Below the pieces are notes generated by a model that was not told the origin of the DNA, made no database searches, and was given only the letters and a program-made list of their open reading frames with translations. Of a stretch of 64,000 nucleotides of DNA, positions 13,301-24,365 are shown piece after piece (position 1 is the stretch's first letter; each line of letters opens with the position of its first letter). The position numbers were made by a program, and so were the translations under genes. Source of the DNA: Octopus bimaculoides (Eukaryota); the NCBI RefSeq assembly GCF_001194135.2, contig NC_068982.1:192316924-192380923 (forward strand), read 5' to 3'.

Positions 13301-13624
13301 TATTATTATTATTATGTTGTTTTTTCTTCTTCTTTCTTCAAATTTTCTTCCATTTCTCGCCGAGTGTTTTCCGTACACCTACGGCAGAGAAACTCGTTGT
13401 ATGCATTCCCAGTTCACACACGCAAATTCACAGGTAAAACATGTAGTTAAGAAAAAAAAAAGTTCATGAATGGATGTTGTTTTCACAGCGATAATGCTCT
13501 TCTCAGTACATTATTATTATTATTATTAGTAGTAGTAGTAGTATTATTATCATTATCATTATTATTATTACTATTCAAATAATTGTTCAAAAAAGAAAAA
13601 CAGGAAAAGAAGTGTTGTTGTTTG

Positions 13625-13922
13625 CTCCTTCTTGAGCCATGTCTGGTTCATAAAGGCCAGTTTCCTGGTTTCATTGGCATGTAGGTTCCCCACCTGGACA
13701 GGACGCCGGTCTGTTGCAGGTGAGCTACTAGATGCAGGAGGAAAGAGAGAGAGAAAGTTGTGGCGAAAGAGTCAGCAGAGGTTCGCCATTAGCGTCTGCT
13801 GGAGCCATGTGGAGCTTAAGTGTTTCGCTCATAAACACACACACACTGCCAATCTGAGATTCGAACCTGCAATCCCTTGACCATGAGTCCACTGCTCTAA
13901 CCACTCAGCCATGTGCTTCTAC
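13625..13922 (-). mobile_element. tRNA-derived SINE, second family, with V-SINE-like central motif
   Basis: On the minus strand: A-box TGGCTGAGTGGTTAG, B-box GGTTCGAATC (13858-13867) and motif cctgcaacagaccggcgtcctgtccagg. Confidence 0.75.
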
Positions 13923-14700
13923 AGAAAAGGAAGTAGTGCGACTATATACGATGATGATGATGATGATAATGATATAGTCACTGACCATGAGATTCTCTGG
14001 AGAATCTTGGAAACCAAGGCAGAAAGTGAATTTATAACAGATATAATATGATGCAGCAGTCATAATCAGACGAAACATTTAATTGATTCAAATACCATAC
14101 TCTACATTATTTTGCCTAACAACCTGACCGATGTCAAAGGTTGTCCTCTGGATCCATCATGTCCAATAACAGATATATATTTTAGGCTGCCTCTGTCTTT
14201 AAACCAAAAATTAAAATTTAGAAAAAAATAAAAAAGAAAAATATAGAAATGTCTGTAAAATGAATGTAAAATTTTAAGAAAGTCTGATTTTATTGGAAGT
14301 GGTCTCAGAAAAGAAAAAATCCTTTTATTTGTATTTGACAGACATTCATGAGTAAATGGCTCGTTACAGTAAATATAATAAGAGGAAATTAATAGAAAAG
14401 AAAACTCAGTGATTAATGGTGAGCTCCAACTCTGTTACAGTCATTCTAGTGTTACCTTTAGTCAAGGAATAAGACTTCAAGACCGCCCTGACTAAGAAGA
14501 ACTTTGATCAAAGACATTCCAGCTGTAACGATCCCATCATTTATCTAGCAAGAACTACCTTATCCAATGTGGCCTTTCTGCTTTAAGATGGTAAAGTAAA
14601 ATTTGAGGGAGCTTTAGCTATTTCTAACAGATCAAGCATATAGAGGATCTGTTATTAGTTCACTTATCTACTCATAAACACACTTGTGTCACCAATATAA

Positions 14701-14733
<33 letters not shown>

Positions 14734-14863
14734 ATGACAAACAGATACATATACACAAACACATATGTACAGACACACAACTGTAGCAATGCACTGGTGA
14801 GGCTGTCCATTGATTTGAGAACCTGAATAATAAAGACTGAACTTCATTTGTGCAATTTGACAG

Positions 14864-15014
14864 AGAAAACTACTACCTGTCCGTTTCCCCGATTTTTACT
14901 AAACAAGGTCACGAAGAGCACAAATATGACCAAAGACAGGATGGAGACTATTGTTTTAGCTTGGGAGAATGCATATCTCTTTCCAGGAGGAAATATTGGT
15001 ATAGAATATCTAAG
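14864..15014 (+). CDS. Internal coding exon of an unidentified protein (ENYYLSVSPIFTKQGHEEHKYDQRQDGDYCFSLGECISLSRRKYWYRISK)
   Basis: Acceptor ttcatttgtgcaatttgacag|, donor AAG|gtaaat, 151 nt fully open (phase 2 in, phase 0 out), complex non-repeat sequence with no TE motif I recognise. Confidence 0.65.
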
Positions 15015-15079
15015 GTAAATGAAATTGGCATTACTATGGAGGCATTTGACCAGTGAGGTCTGTATATACAAATGGAAGG

Positions 15080-15330
15080 AATTTTTCTGAACCTGGGGGT
15101 GGGGTTAGAAACAGACTGCATGGGAATGATGCTCTGCTGAATTAGAAAGCTGAGAAAATATGTCTACTCTTTCTTTAGAAACTCGAACCTATCTATCTCT
15201 TTCAAAAAGTTTAACCAAATAGCTAACTTGTTTAGATGTTACATTAAACCTAGATTCCAAACTGTATTATCATTAACCCTACCACAAACCAAACCAGAGT
15301 CTCCCCTTACATCCAGAGATTTAGAATTAC
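15080..15330 (+). mobile_element. Penelope-like RT fragment (highly decayed)
   Basis: LDVTLNLDSKLYY..PYHKPN resembles the FLDxTxxL..xYxKP motif of Penelope RT. Confidence 0.5.
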
Positions 15331-15789
15331 ATCAGGTCCATTACTGATGAGTCAGAAACCTATCAATTAAAGTATCCCACCTTTCTGCTAATCAAAGAAT
15401 ATTCAATAATAATAATGCAAGATATTATAAAGAGACTCTCGGTAGACGTGGTTAAAGTGAAAGGATTAAATTTATTACAGATTCTAAACTTCAGAATGTA
15501 GGAATACTGTGAAAACAAGAAAGTGTAGTGAAACCCCTCTAGATACTGTTGTAGCTTATAATAAGATAAGGACACTGGGATACACAAGTGATGCTGATGG
15601 GACCAATAGGACACTACCTCTCCTTGAAGTGACTAACTTCTTTGAACCCCCCCCCCCTCCGGACAACTCCAGGAATGTAGGGGTGAAATTGAAGGAAAAA
15701 GATGCCACCCTTGGCTAACCTGTTTGTGTGCCATCATTGGGGCATGTTGGCAGGTAGTTGTCATCCTCATTGAGGCTTTTTGTGAGGGC

Positions 15790-16080
15790 TTAAAACATCT
15801 TATGGTGTAGGCACAAGACCAGAGAGATCTATGGAAATACTCCACCCATTTCTGCTATTGTTGCTCAATGCAAAGAAAGCTTTGCTGGCCAATGCTCTTG
15901 TGCTGAACAACAGACCATATTGGATATTATATAGTTTTGAACTATCCCCACACCAACAAAGAATGATGACCACTCAACTACATCGACATCATTGGCAGAG
16001 ATACACAACATGGAATTGGGGGCCAACCAAAACTAATGGCATAGTCTAGTGAAATATATCTTGGCTGCAGCCACTTGAAG
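15790..16080 (+). mobile_element. Old RTE/RTE-X-like LINE 3' fragment
   Basis: PISAIVAQCKESFAGQCSCAEQQTILDI resembles the ..RRLRFAGHCxRA.. C-terminal block. Confidence 0.4.
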
Positions 16081-16677
16081 AAAAACATGGTGATGTGTGG
16101 AGCTGTTCCATTCATCTTGGAACAGAGATGATATTAGACCATTTCCAATAAGGAGGAGGAGGCTTAAATTAAAATAAAACAAGTTGCCATTTTCTGACTA
16201 ATGCTATCACCAACGTGACCACAACAATTACTACTATTGCTGCTATCACTACAAAAAATGTCTTCAAAAGAGTCAACTGTTTATATCAGTTCCTATTTGT
16301 TATATTAATCTCAGAGAATGTTTGTTGCAATTTTTTTCTTTGAAATATTTTATAAATATTTATATAAATGATTAAAAACCAAGTAGATATAAAATTTGTT
16401 TCAAGTCACTGAAATATGGCTCTACTTGACAAAAGTCAAAAGAGATTTTCCTTTTACAAAAAAAAAGTCTCTTTGTATAAAAAAAAAAAAAAAACATAAC
16501 TGCTTAGCACAAATTGAAGAAGCTGGATAAGAAACCCATTGTCTCCTTAAAAATATTGATATTTAGGTCATAGCTTCTGGATTCTAGAACCAGTAGCTGC
16601 TACATTTATACTTGAGGATAAAACAACGATTTCAGATAGAACATATTTTCATCAATTATTTTTAATACATACAAGTA

Positions 16678-16912
16678 GCTGAAAGAAGCCTGTCGTATAT
16701 ATGTATATGTATATGTATGTGTGTGTATATGTTTGTCCCCCCCAACATCGCTTGACATGTGTTTACGTCCCTGTAACTTAACGGTTCAGCAAAAAGAGCC
16801 CGATAGAATAAGTACTAGGCTTACAAAGAGTAAGTCCTGGGGTCGATTTGCTCGACTAAAAGCGGTGCTCCAGCATGGCCACAGTCAAATGACTGAAACA
16901 AGTAAAAGAGTA
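16678..16912 (+). mobile_element. tRNA-derived SINE, 5'-truncated young copy
   Basis: ctgaaagaagcctgtcgtatatatg...cccgatagaataagtactaggcttac...gcggtgctccagcatggccacagtcaaatgactgaaacaagtaaaagag. Confidence 0.9.
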
Positions 16913-16984
16913 AATATAATAATGATTTCTTGTGGCTAGGCCCAAAACTATTTGATATATGCAACAACAACAACAACAACACTG

Positions 16985-17210
16985 GCTCTGGCTGACAGAA
17001 ATGAGAGATCAAAACACTAATTATAACTATTCAGAAACAAACCATTAGAACAAATCTGATAAAAGCAAAGATTAAGGAAACTCAGTCAAACAGCAAATGT
17101 AGAATCTGCAGGAAAAGAGGACAACAGTATCCATCACCTTTTGAACGAGTGCAGTGTACTAACACAAAAGGAGTATAAGTGCAGGCATGACTGTGTCGGA
17201 GAAAGAGTGT
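16985..17210 (+). mobile_element. R4/Dong-like retrotransposon CCHC zinc-knuckle fragment
   Basis: QTIRTNLIKAKIKETQSNSKCRICRK...ECSVLTQKEYKCRHDCV matches the CCHC/RHD block that precedes the RLE; follows (CAA)n. Confidence 0.75.
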
Positions 17211-17244
17211 GTGACTTTAATTTATTGTTTTATGCTTGTTACAG

Positions 17245-17307
17245 GTTAAACTCAAGACACATTGGTATTATCCCAAACCCCAAAATATACCTTTAGCAAA
17301 ATCCTGA
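17245..17307 (+). CDS. Probable next (terminal) coding exon, VKLKTHWYYPKPQNIPLAKS*
   Basis: Acceptor tttattgttttatgcttgttacag|; phase 0 joins exon 14864-15014; the other two frames close earlier; TGA at 17305-17307. Confidence 0.45.
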   Translation, partial: VKLKTHWYYPKPQNIPLAKS

Positions 17308-19944
17308 TTGCATAACCTTTTCTTAAACACATCGTCTGAATTGAATATTTTCAACTTATTCAAATATACAACTTTTGTGAGTTTACTCATCTACATTTCC
17401 AAATTTGTTTATAAAAAAGTCCTTTTTGTCAGTCAGATTTTCTCATTATGGCTTAACACAAAATTCTAACCAAACTATCATTCTAATTAGATGGAGCTGA
17501 GAGTATAAAACTGTTAAACCAGTATCAAAACATAGGATAATACTAAGCTTGGACCAACTATAAAGTATTTCAATTGAATAGCCAAGAAGACAGACATTAA
17601 ATGATGATGAGTCTAAATTGACACAATATATAACTGTTTGCCAAGGGCAACACAAGTCGTTGAGTATCAGTAGTAGTCCGTAGTATCAATGACCAATGAA
17701 CCATCACTGACTCAGTTACTTAACTCTAAATAGGTATCATGAGGAGATGAAGCCTATAATATACTGCAAACCTCAAAAGCTCTACTTAATGTTTTATAAG
17801 CCTCACAGGACTGAGTTTACATAAAAGCAAAAATGAATCAGGAGGATGAGTGGTAGTAAAGGGTGGTTGGTGGAAGGGTAGTGATAGTAATAGTTGAGAA
17901 TTATTAGTTTATATCTTATAACTGGAATGGCTGAGCAAGGGACTAAAATAATTTATAATATATACTCTCAATCCCCTAGATTCTTAGCTCACTTAGATAA
18001 ACTTTTCCCTCTGGAGTTCAAATTGTTGGTGTTGATTATTCTCCCTTTCATCCTCTTCCTGTATTACCTAACCTTCCATTTAATATCAATTTCTTTCTCT
18101 CTCACTCTCTCACTCTCTCTCTCTTACTCAGGTAAAATAAAAGTCACAAAACCTCAGCTTCTCTAGATTAGTGTCAATACAATTAAATGTATTCTTGCCC
18201 TCCAATAACAATTAGTTTTGTACTGAGTCAAAACAACTAAATCTGACCAAAATAGTTAATTTCACTGAGTTCCATCACCTTAAACTATTGAGAACAAACT
18301 AACAGCAATAGGATAACCAAATATCTCTTAGCATAGAAATTAAATTGTGAAAATTTGCAATAGATTGGCTTTCATTGAGTTCTTATTAGCTGCTGACAAA
18401 CGACAATACAACATAAAAGAAGTTTTATAATCTTTATACATGAATCTTTCCTGATAAAAGGAAAACAAAATTCATAGTCTGCTGACAAAGTCAATTCACA
18501 CTCATCAATTAAATTTACAATTGAATTAATTAAGGTAATTGTTCTCAACCAATCAAGAATTAGCATAATGCTAATTCTTGGGTATGTGGGCATTTTGAAA
18601 ATACCTCACAGAACGACAACCGTCCCCTGCATAGTTATGAGTTGATTTTGACAAGGTATATCAGCAGTTTGGCCACCCATTTGCTAGGGGTACAACAAAA
18701 TCATGGGAGTGCAGCATGGTGGATTGTGAAGAGGAAGTAGAAAAGCTCAACTGAGCCAATGGTGTTTTTTACATTGATGCTGGGTGGAGGAATCCCAGAA
18801 GATCAATGGTCAGGATCACCAGGCTTTATCAAAAGAGTAACTGCAACACATTCCTTGGCGTCCATGGCTGTGTAATCAGCTAATGAAAGATTCACTATGG
18901 CTCAAGCTTCCGATTCAAATTCAGAATAATAGAATCGGATGGCAACAGAGAGTCATGGGAATCTGTGAAAGCATCATGACCAGCAACATATCAACTGGCA
19001 CACCCAATCATTCACAACAATGGCAGCTAAACTAAATTATCTCAGTAGTCTTTTGGTGCTGTTAAGATGTTTTCTCTATCATAGGAAACATTGGTCTCTC
19101 AAAGGTTTTTCCTATAAAAGGATTTGGTTTCAACACTGCAAACTGAGAAAATACCCATCCCTTATACTGTTGCTGATATAAGCCAATAGGAGAGCCTCTG
19201 TGTGAGCAAACAATAGCAGCCAAATTTACCTCAGATCACACTGTATCATCTTAAACAAGGTAGGATACCTTTAAAAGCACTTTGTTGCAGTTGGAATATT
19301 TTCATTACAGGTCTACTCAAAGAGCTGACCTGACATTAAACAACAGCTGTAGACATGGCCATGTGGCTGAGAGGTTCACATCACCAACACATGCTTTCAG
19401 GTTCAGCCACCATGGGTGTCTTCTGTAGCCTCAGGTTGACCAAAGTAAGTAGAAAGAAGATCGTCATCATCATCTTTTAACTTTTGTCTGGCATTGGTTG
19501 GACAAATTGACAGGATCTGATGGATTTGAAGGCTGCATTGTGCTTTGGCATGGTTTTTATGGTTGGATGCCCTTCCTATTACCAACCACTTTACAGAGTG
19601 CAATTCTTGATGCTAACACTAGTGAGCTTATTTGGTGGTGGAGAGGAACAGATAATTTAGTAGCATAGGAGGGTGATCAAAGTAAGATATGAGTGGAGAG
19701 GGATAATGTTAAGAACAAAAGATGGATGTGAAGAGATTCAATGTGAGAATGGTAACAGAAGGTATCACAGAAAAAGAAAATGATGAAATATGTAGTTCTA
19801 CTCTAATTTAATTACAGTAGCAGAACATTGAAGTTCGACAAGTGATGGAGGGATTAGAGATAGTGAGATGAAAAAGTTGTGGAGATGATTTGACATAGAA
19901 ATTTCACAAGTGGCCTAGTTATGTGTATATATATATATATATAT

Positions 19945-20308
19945 CGTTACCAGTGTCGCCTTCCTGGCACTTGTGCTGCAGCTTCGCGTTCCTGGCACGT
20001 GAAAAAAGCATTCGAGTGAAATTGTTGCCAGTGCCGCTGGACTGGCTCCTGTGCAGGTGGCACGTAAAATACACCATTTTGAGCATTGCCGTTGCCAGTA
20101 CCTCCTGACTGGCCTTTGTGCCAGTGCACGTAAAAGCACCCACTACACTCTCTGAGTGGTTGGCGTTAGGAAGGGCATCCAGCTGTAGAAACTCTGCCAA
20201 ATCAGATTGGAGCCTGGTGTAACCATCTGGTTCACCATTCCTCAATCAAATCGTCCAACCCATGCCAGCATGGAAAGCGGACGTTAAACGATGATGATGA
20301 TGATGATG
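19945..20308 (+). mobile_element. (GAT)n-tailed retroposon 3' UTR copy with about 3 internal subrepeats
   Basis: Conserved 3' block and (GAT)6 tail at 20290-20308. Confidence 0.9.
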
Positions 20309-20460
20309 ATATATATATCAGTTTCACCAAGGTGGATAGGTTTTCTCAGGCACCACATATCACCAGTCACCCCAATCTTTTGTAATCTTGAAGTTCAAGA
20401 GATCAGCCTTCATAATTCCATCTTATGTCTTCCTGTGTATTCCTCATTCACAAACTCTAT

Positions 20461-20750
20461 CCATCATCATCATCATCATTGTTTAACATCCGTTTTCCAT
20501 GCTTGCATGATTTGGATGGTTTGACTGGAGACTGGCAAGCCAGGAGGCCGCACCAGGCTCCAATCTGATCTGGCACTGTTTCTACAGATGGATGCCCTTC
20601 CTAAAGCTAACCACTCCAAATGTGTAGTGGGTGCTTTTTACATGTCACTGGCACAGGGAGCCAGTCAGGCAGCGACCCACACATGAATGAATGGTGCTTA
20701 TCGTGTGCCACCAGCACTGGTAATGGCCACAACTACAATTTCCATTTGAT
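20461..20750 (-). mobile_element. (GAT)n-tailed retroposon 3' UTR copy, inverted relative to the neighbour
   Basis: (CAT)n at 20462-20479 followed by the reverse complement of the family 3' block. Confidence 0.85.
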
Positions 20751-21237
20751 TGTGTCAAGCAATTGGCTGTCTTCATCCATAAATTCATAACATTGCAGTC
20801 TTCTTTCCTGCATACCGCATCTGATTCCTCTTTAGGCCAGACCTATGATCATTCCATGATGATCCATGACCATTCTAACCTTCTTTTAGATATTGTGTGT
20901 CCTTCTTTTAAAGATGATACAGTGTAATTTGAGACAGTTTTTGCTGTTGTTTCTAGCAATTCCAGTGACTACATAGAAACTCTGTTGTTCACTTGTAATC
21001 TGCTCATTTGCTCCCAGCTCATAGACATTTTTCATTTCAACTAAAACATACAGCTAATTGACACCATTCAGTTTTACCCTAACCCCAACACTATTCTGTT
21101 GGCTTTAACACACAAAACTCCAATCTAATTGTTGTTAAATAATTATAGTTCACCCTTTAAAACACTAGAAGCACTTTATAATTTATTAGAGTTTTCCTAG
21201 CCTGCAGAGCTTGCTAGACAAAAGTCTTTCTCAAGAT

Positions 21238-21545
21238 CAGTGGTTTTCAATTGGGGTTCATATACAATTTTTTGAGGTCCACTCAAGCAAGATAGTAAAT
21301 TGGAGATTCACAGTAGCATATTAAGGGTCCATGAAAAAGTTTTGAATTAGATGTGTTTCTTGCAAGAAACAGCTAAATTTCTTTCTTGAATGTTTTCCAT
21401 AGCTTTACCTACACAATGTGTGAAAAACAAAATAGTAATTTTGAAAGAAGTATTTATAAAACATGATTCTTAAGCATTGAATGGTTGTGGGGGCCGACCA
21501 GAATAAAATAAAAATCAAAGGAGCTCATGTGGTTGAGAGTCCTTG
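21238..21545. mobile_element. Degenerate hAT (Charlie/Buster-type) MITE
   Basis: Starts CAGTGGTTTTCAA, ends TTGAGAGTCCTTG; 8-bp flanks CTCAAGAT and CTTTAGAT (6/8). Confidence 0.45.
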
Positions 21546-22049
21546 CTTTAGATCTTGAGAAACTAATAAAAATAACTTCTGAAAGGGCTCCAGACGAGTG
21601 CAGCCACCGTACTGTAATCTTAAAAAAGAAACTGTTGCCAAGCTGAACCTGTTTGACGATCTGTGTTCTCTCTTCACCATTACACCATCTCCTTGACGAA
21701 GATACTTTTAATCCTTATTCATTCAACCAGGACATAGACATAGATGTATATGTAAATGTCTTTTGATCATGAAGGAGCTTTTGATTAATTGTAGTTTTTT
21801 AATCCGTTTAAACAAACGAAAGAAAAATATTCCTTAGCTAAGACACCAATTTACCTGAGGTACCACACTCAGCTGACTGGGTACCTGTTGTCAAAAAATC
21901 AGTGAACCAAGCCATGTATACAATAAGCACAATGGGTAAGTGTAGCTCAGCCTTATATCAGTGCAAGCAAAAATGAGTGTTTCATTAAGTTGCAACTCAT
22001 TAACATTTAAACCATCCTATAGGTATGAGGAAATTAATGAAAATATTAA

Positions 22050-22270
22050 CCCTTTGGCATTTAAATAGGGCATATTTGACCCAAATATCTTACCTCTGTT
22101 TATGTTCAAACTGGCCAGATCAAACCTCTCACACCTACCCTACAATGTCATTCTAATAATAAACAATCACATCATTGAAATCTCAAAGCTATAAAATCAT
22201 GTATGATTAATTCCAAACAATGTGTGTAAATAAGCATTACATTTGACAGAGTAATCCAACTGCTAAAGGA
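22050..22270. mobile_element. piggyBac-like MITE (TTAA target)
   Basis: TTAA|CCCTTTGGCATT ... TGCTAAAGGA|TTAA; related copies at 43876-44039 and ~51393-51594. Confidence 0.7.
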
Positions 22271-22984
22271 TTAATCTTACCTCAATGATATTAATCTGGT
22301 CCAGTTTTGGTGGAAACGTCACTGAGAGCAAATCAGATTCTAGAACAAGTCATCAGATGACTCAAACTGAAAATGGAAAGAAAAATAAATAATGTTTCTC
22401 CTGAAATCTATAAGACATGCATTAACCCTTTCATAACTGTATTTCTAATTAAAAACAGGCTCTATGTTTTAATTCAGAGTATGTTGTTGTTGAGGAGTTA
22501 CATGGCTATTTGCCTTTAGAAAGAAAGGTGGGAATGATGTGTAGGGGCTGCAAAGAGATAAAGAGCAACAAGGTATGTAGGTGGCCCCTCAAGGTAGGAT
22601 GTGTGTAGAAGAAAATAGGGAAGAGGAATTAAGGCGCACGGATGGGTGGAGTTTGCCAGAGTATATGGGAGAGGAAGACTTAAAGAAGGGAGGGGAAGTA
22701 GGCAACAACTGTAAAGATTGGGTAGGGTCGAAAGGTGGATAGGGAATGGGGTATGACCAATGGTGCATGAGAGTTGGGAAAGGCAGAGAGATGCAGAAGA
22801 GACCAGGCTTAAAAAACAAAAAAAAGTACTGAATCAATTCATTTACCTAAATTACCTGAAAGTGGTGCTCCAGCATAGCCACAATCTAATGACTAAAACA
22901 AGTAAAAGAAAGGAAGAAAGAAAGGAAAGAAGGAAGATAGGAAGGAAGGAGAAAGATGGATAGATAGATAGATAAATAGAATAA

Positions 22985-23517
22985 CTTTACCGTGGCTTTA
23001 TGAGTTTTATTTTTCAAGCACAAGATCCAAATTTTAAACAAAGCTCAAAACTTTCTAATCCCATAACAAATGATTCTGTGTGTTATTCAGAAATTTAGAG
23101 AGAGCGAAAAAAAGCTTCTTCTAAGCAAATAACTCTAGACTTGTATTTTAAAAAGAAATCTACAAGTCCGTCTATGAGTGCTGGTGAATTGGCGATCACA
23201 TCTACAAGTGAGGGTGTGCACGAGTCTAGTCTGAGTGAAAGTGATTCAGAAAACGATTATAATTAATAATAATATTTTTTATTATAAATTATCTCAACAT
23301 TCTTTTTACTTTACATAAAATATTCTTTATATTCTACTGTTGTTTTATTGCCATTTATTTACAAGTATTATAAATTTTATAGGTAAAATATTTTTCTGAG
23401 GACAAATTATGATTTATAACATTGCTACTACGGGAAATTATTGCTCTGCTTTACGAGTTTTCACTTTACGAGAAGTCTCCAGGAACAAATTAATTTGTAT
23501 ACCGAGGCATTACAGTA
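22985..23517 (+). mobile_element. pogo/Tigger DNA transposon 3' fragment
   Basis: RERKKASSKQITLDLYFKKK...acidic tail* resembles a Tigger transposase C-terminus; ends in TIR-like ...aattaatttgtataccgaggcattacagTA. Confidence 0.65.
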
Positions 23518-23561
23518 CACAGTTGGATGGATGGGTTTGTGTGTTTCATTTAAACTATGGA

Positions 23562-23782
23562 ACTTGAAGTAGAGAAGCTGCAAACAATAGCATGTAAATA
23601 TTGGGGTTAAAAACTCCTTTGGAGAGAAAAAGTCAAAGGCTTGTCATGGGATTGAAAACCTCATCTGTAAACAAGACCAATATTCCCCCATTGCACCAAA
23701 GCATGTTTACAGAAATTGTGGGTTTCAAAGGGTTTTTAACCCAATATTTACTGCTATTCTTTGTAGTTTCTCTACTTTGAGT
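23562..23782. mobile_element. MITE-like element with ~50-bp terminal inverted repeats
   Basis: tagagaagctgcaaacaatagcatgtaaatattggggttaaaaactcctttg pairs with caaagggtttttaacccaatatttactgctattctttgtagtttctcta. Confidence 0.65.
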
Positions 23783-23838
23783 AAAACCATTCAAAATGAA
23801 ATAGTTCACATTCTCTCAAGGCTTCTACATTCCTGCAC

Positions 23839-23881
<43 letters not shown>

Positions 23882-24141
23882 GATAGATAGTTTGAATGTC
23901 ATATATATATATAGAAAGAAAGCAAACTAGATAGAGCAGCTATGGGTGTGTGCATGAAAAAGAAACTGTGTGTGCGTGTGTGTGAGTATGAAGGAAACTG
24001 GTCAAGTGAATAAGGCACTGCTTCATGCAGTGAGGTCACATTGCACTGCAGATGTTGTGTTGCTTAACGAGGCACCTAATTACAGCAGCCTTCATGGTAT
24101 TATTGATTTTTTAGATGCAGAATGCGTCAGATTTATAAAGG

Positions 24142-24147
<6 letters not shown>

Positions 24148-24222
<75 letters not shown>

Positions 24223-24350
24223 CACATACACACACGTGTACACACACATATATACACATGCACATATATAGACACATATATATATATACACACACACACA
24301 CATACGCACATATAGGTCTACATATATATATACACATATACATATATACA
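24148..24350. repeat. (TA)n and mixed (CA/TA)n microsatellite
   Basis: About 70 bp of pure TA then degenerate CA/TA. Confidence 0.95.
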
Positions 24351-24365
24351 CACAAATGTATACAT

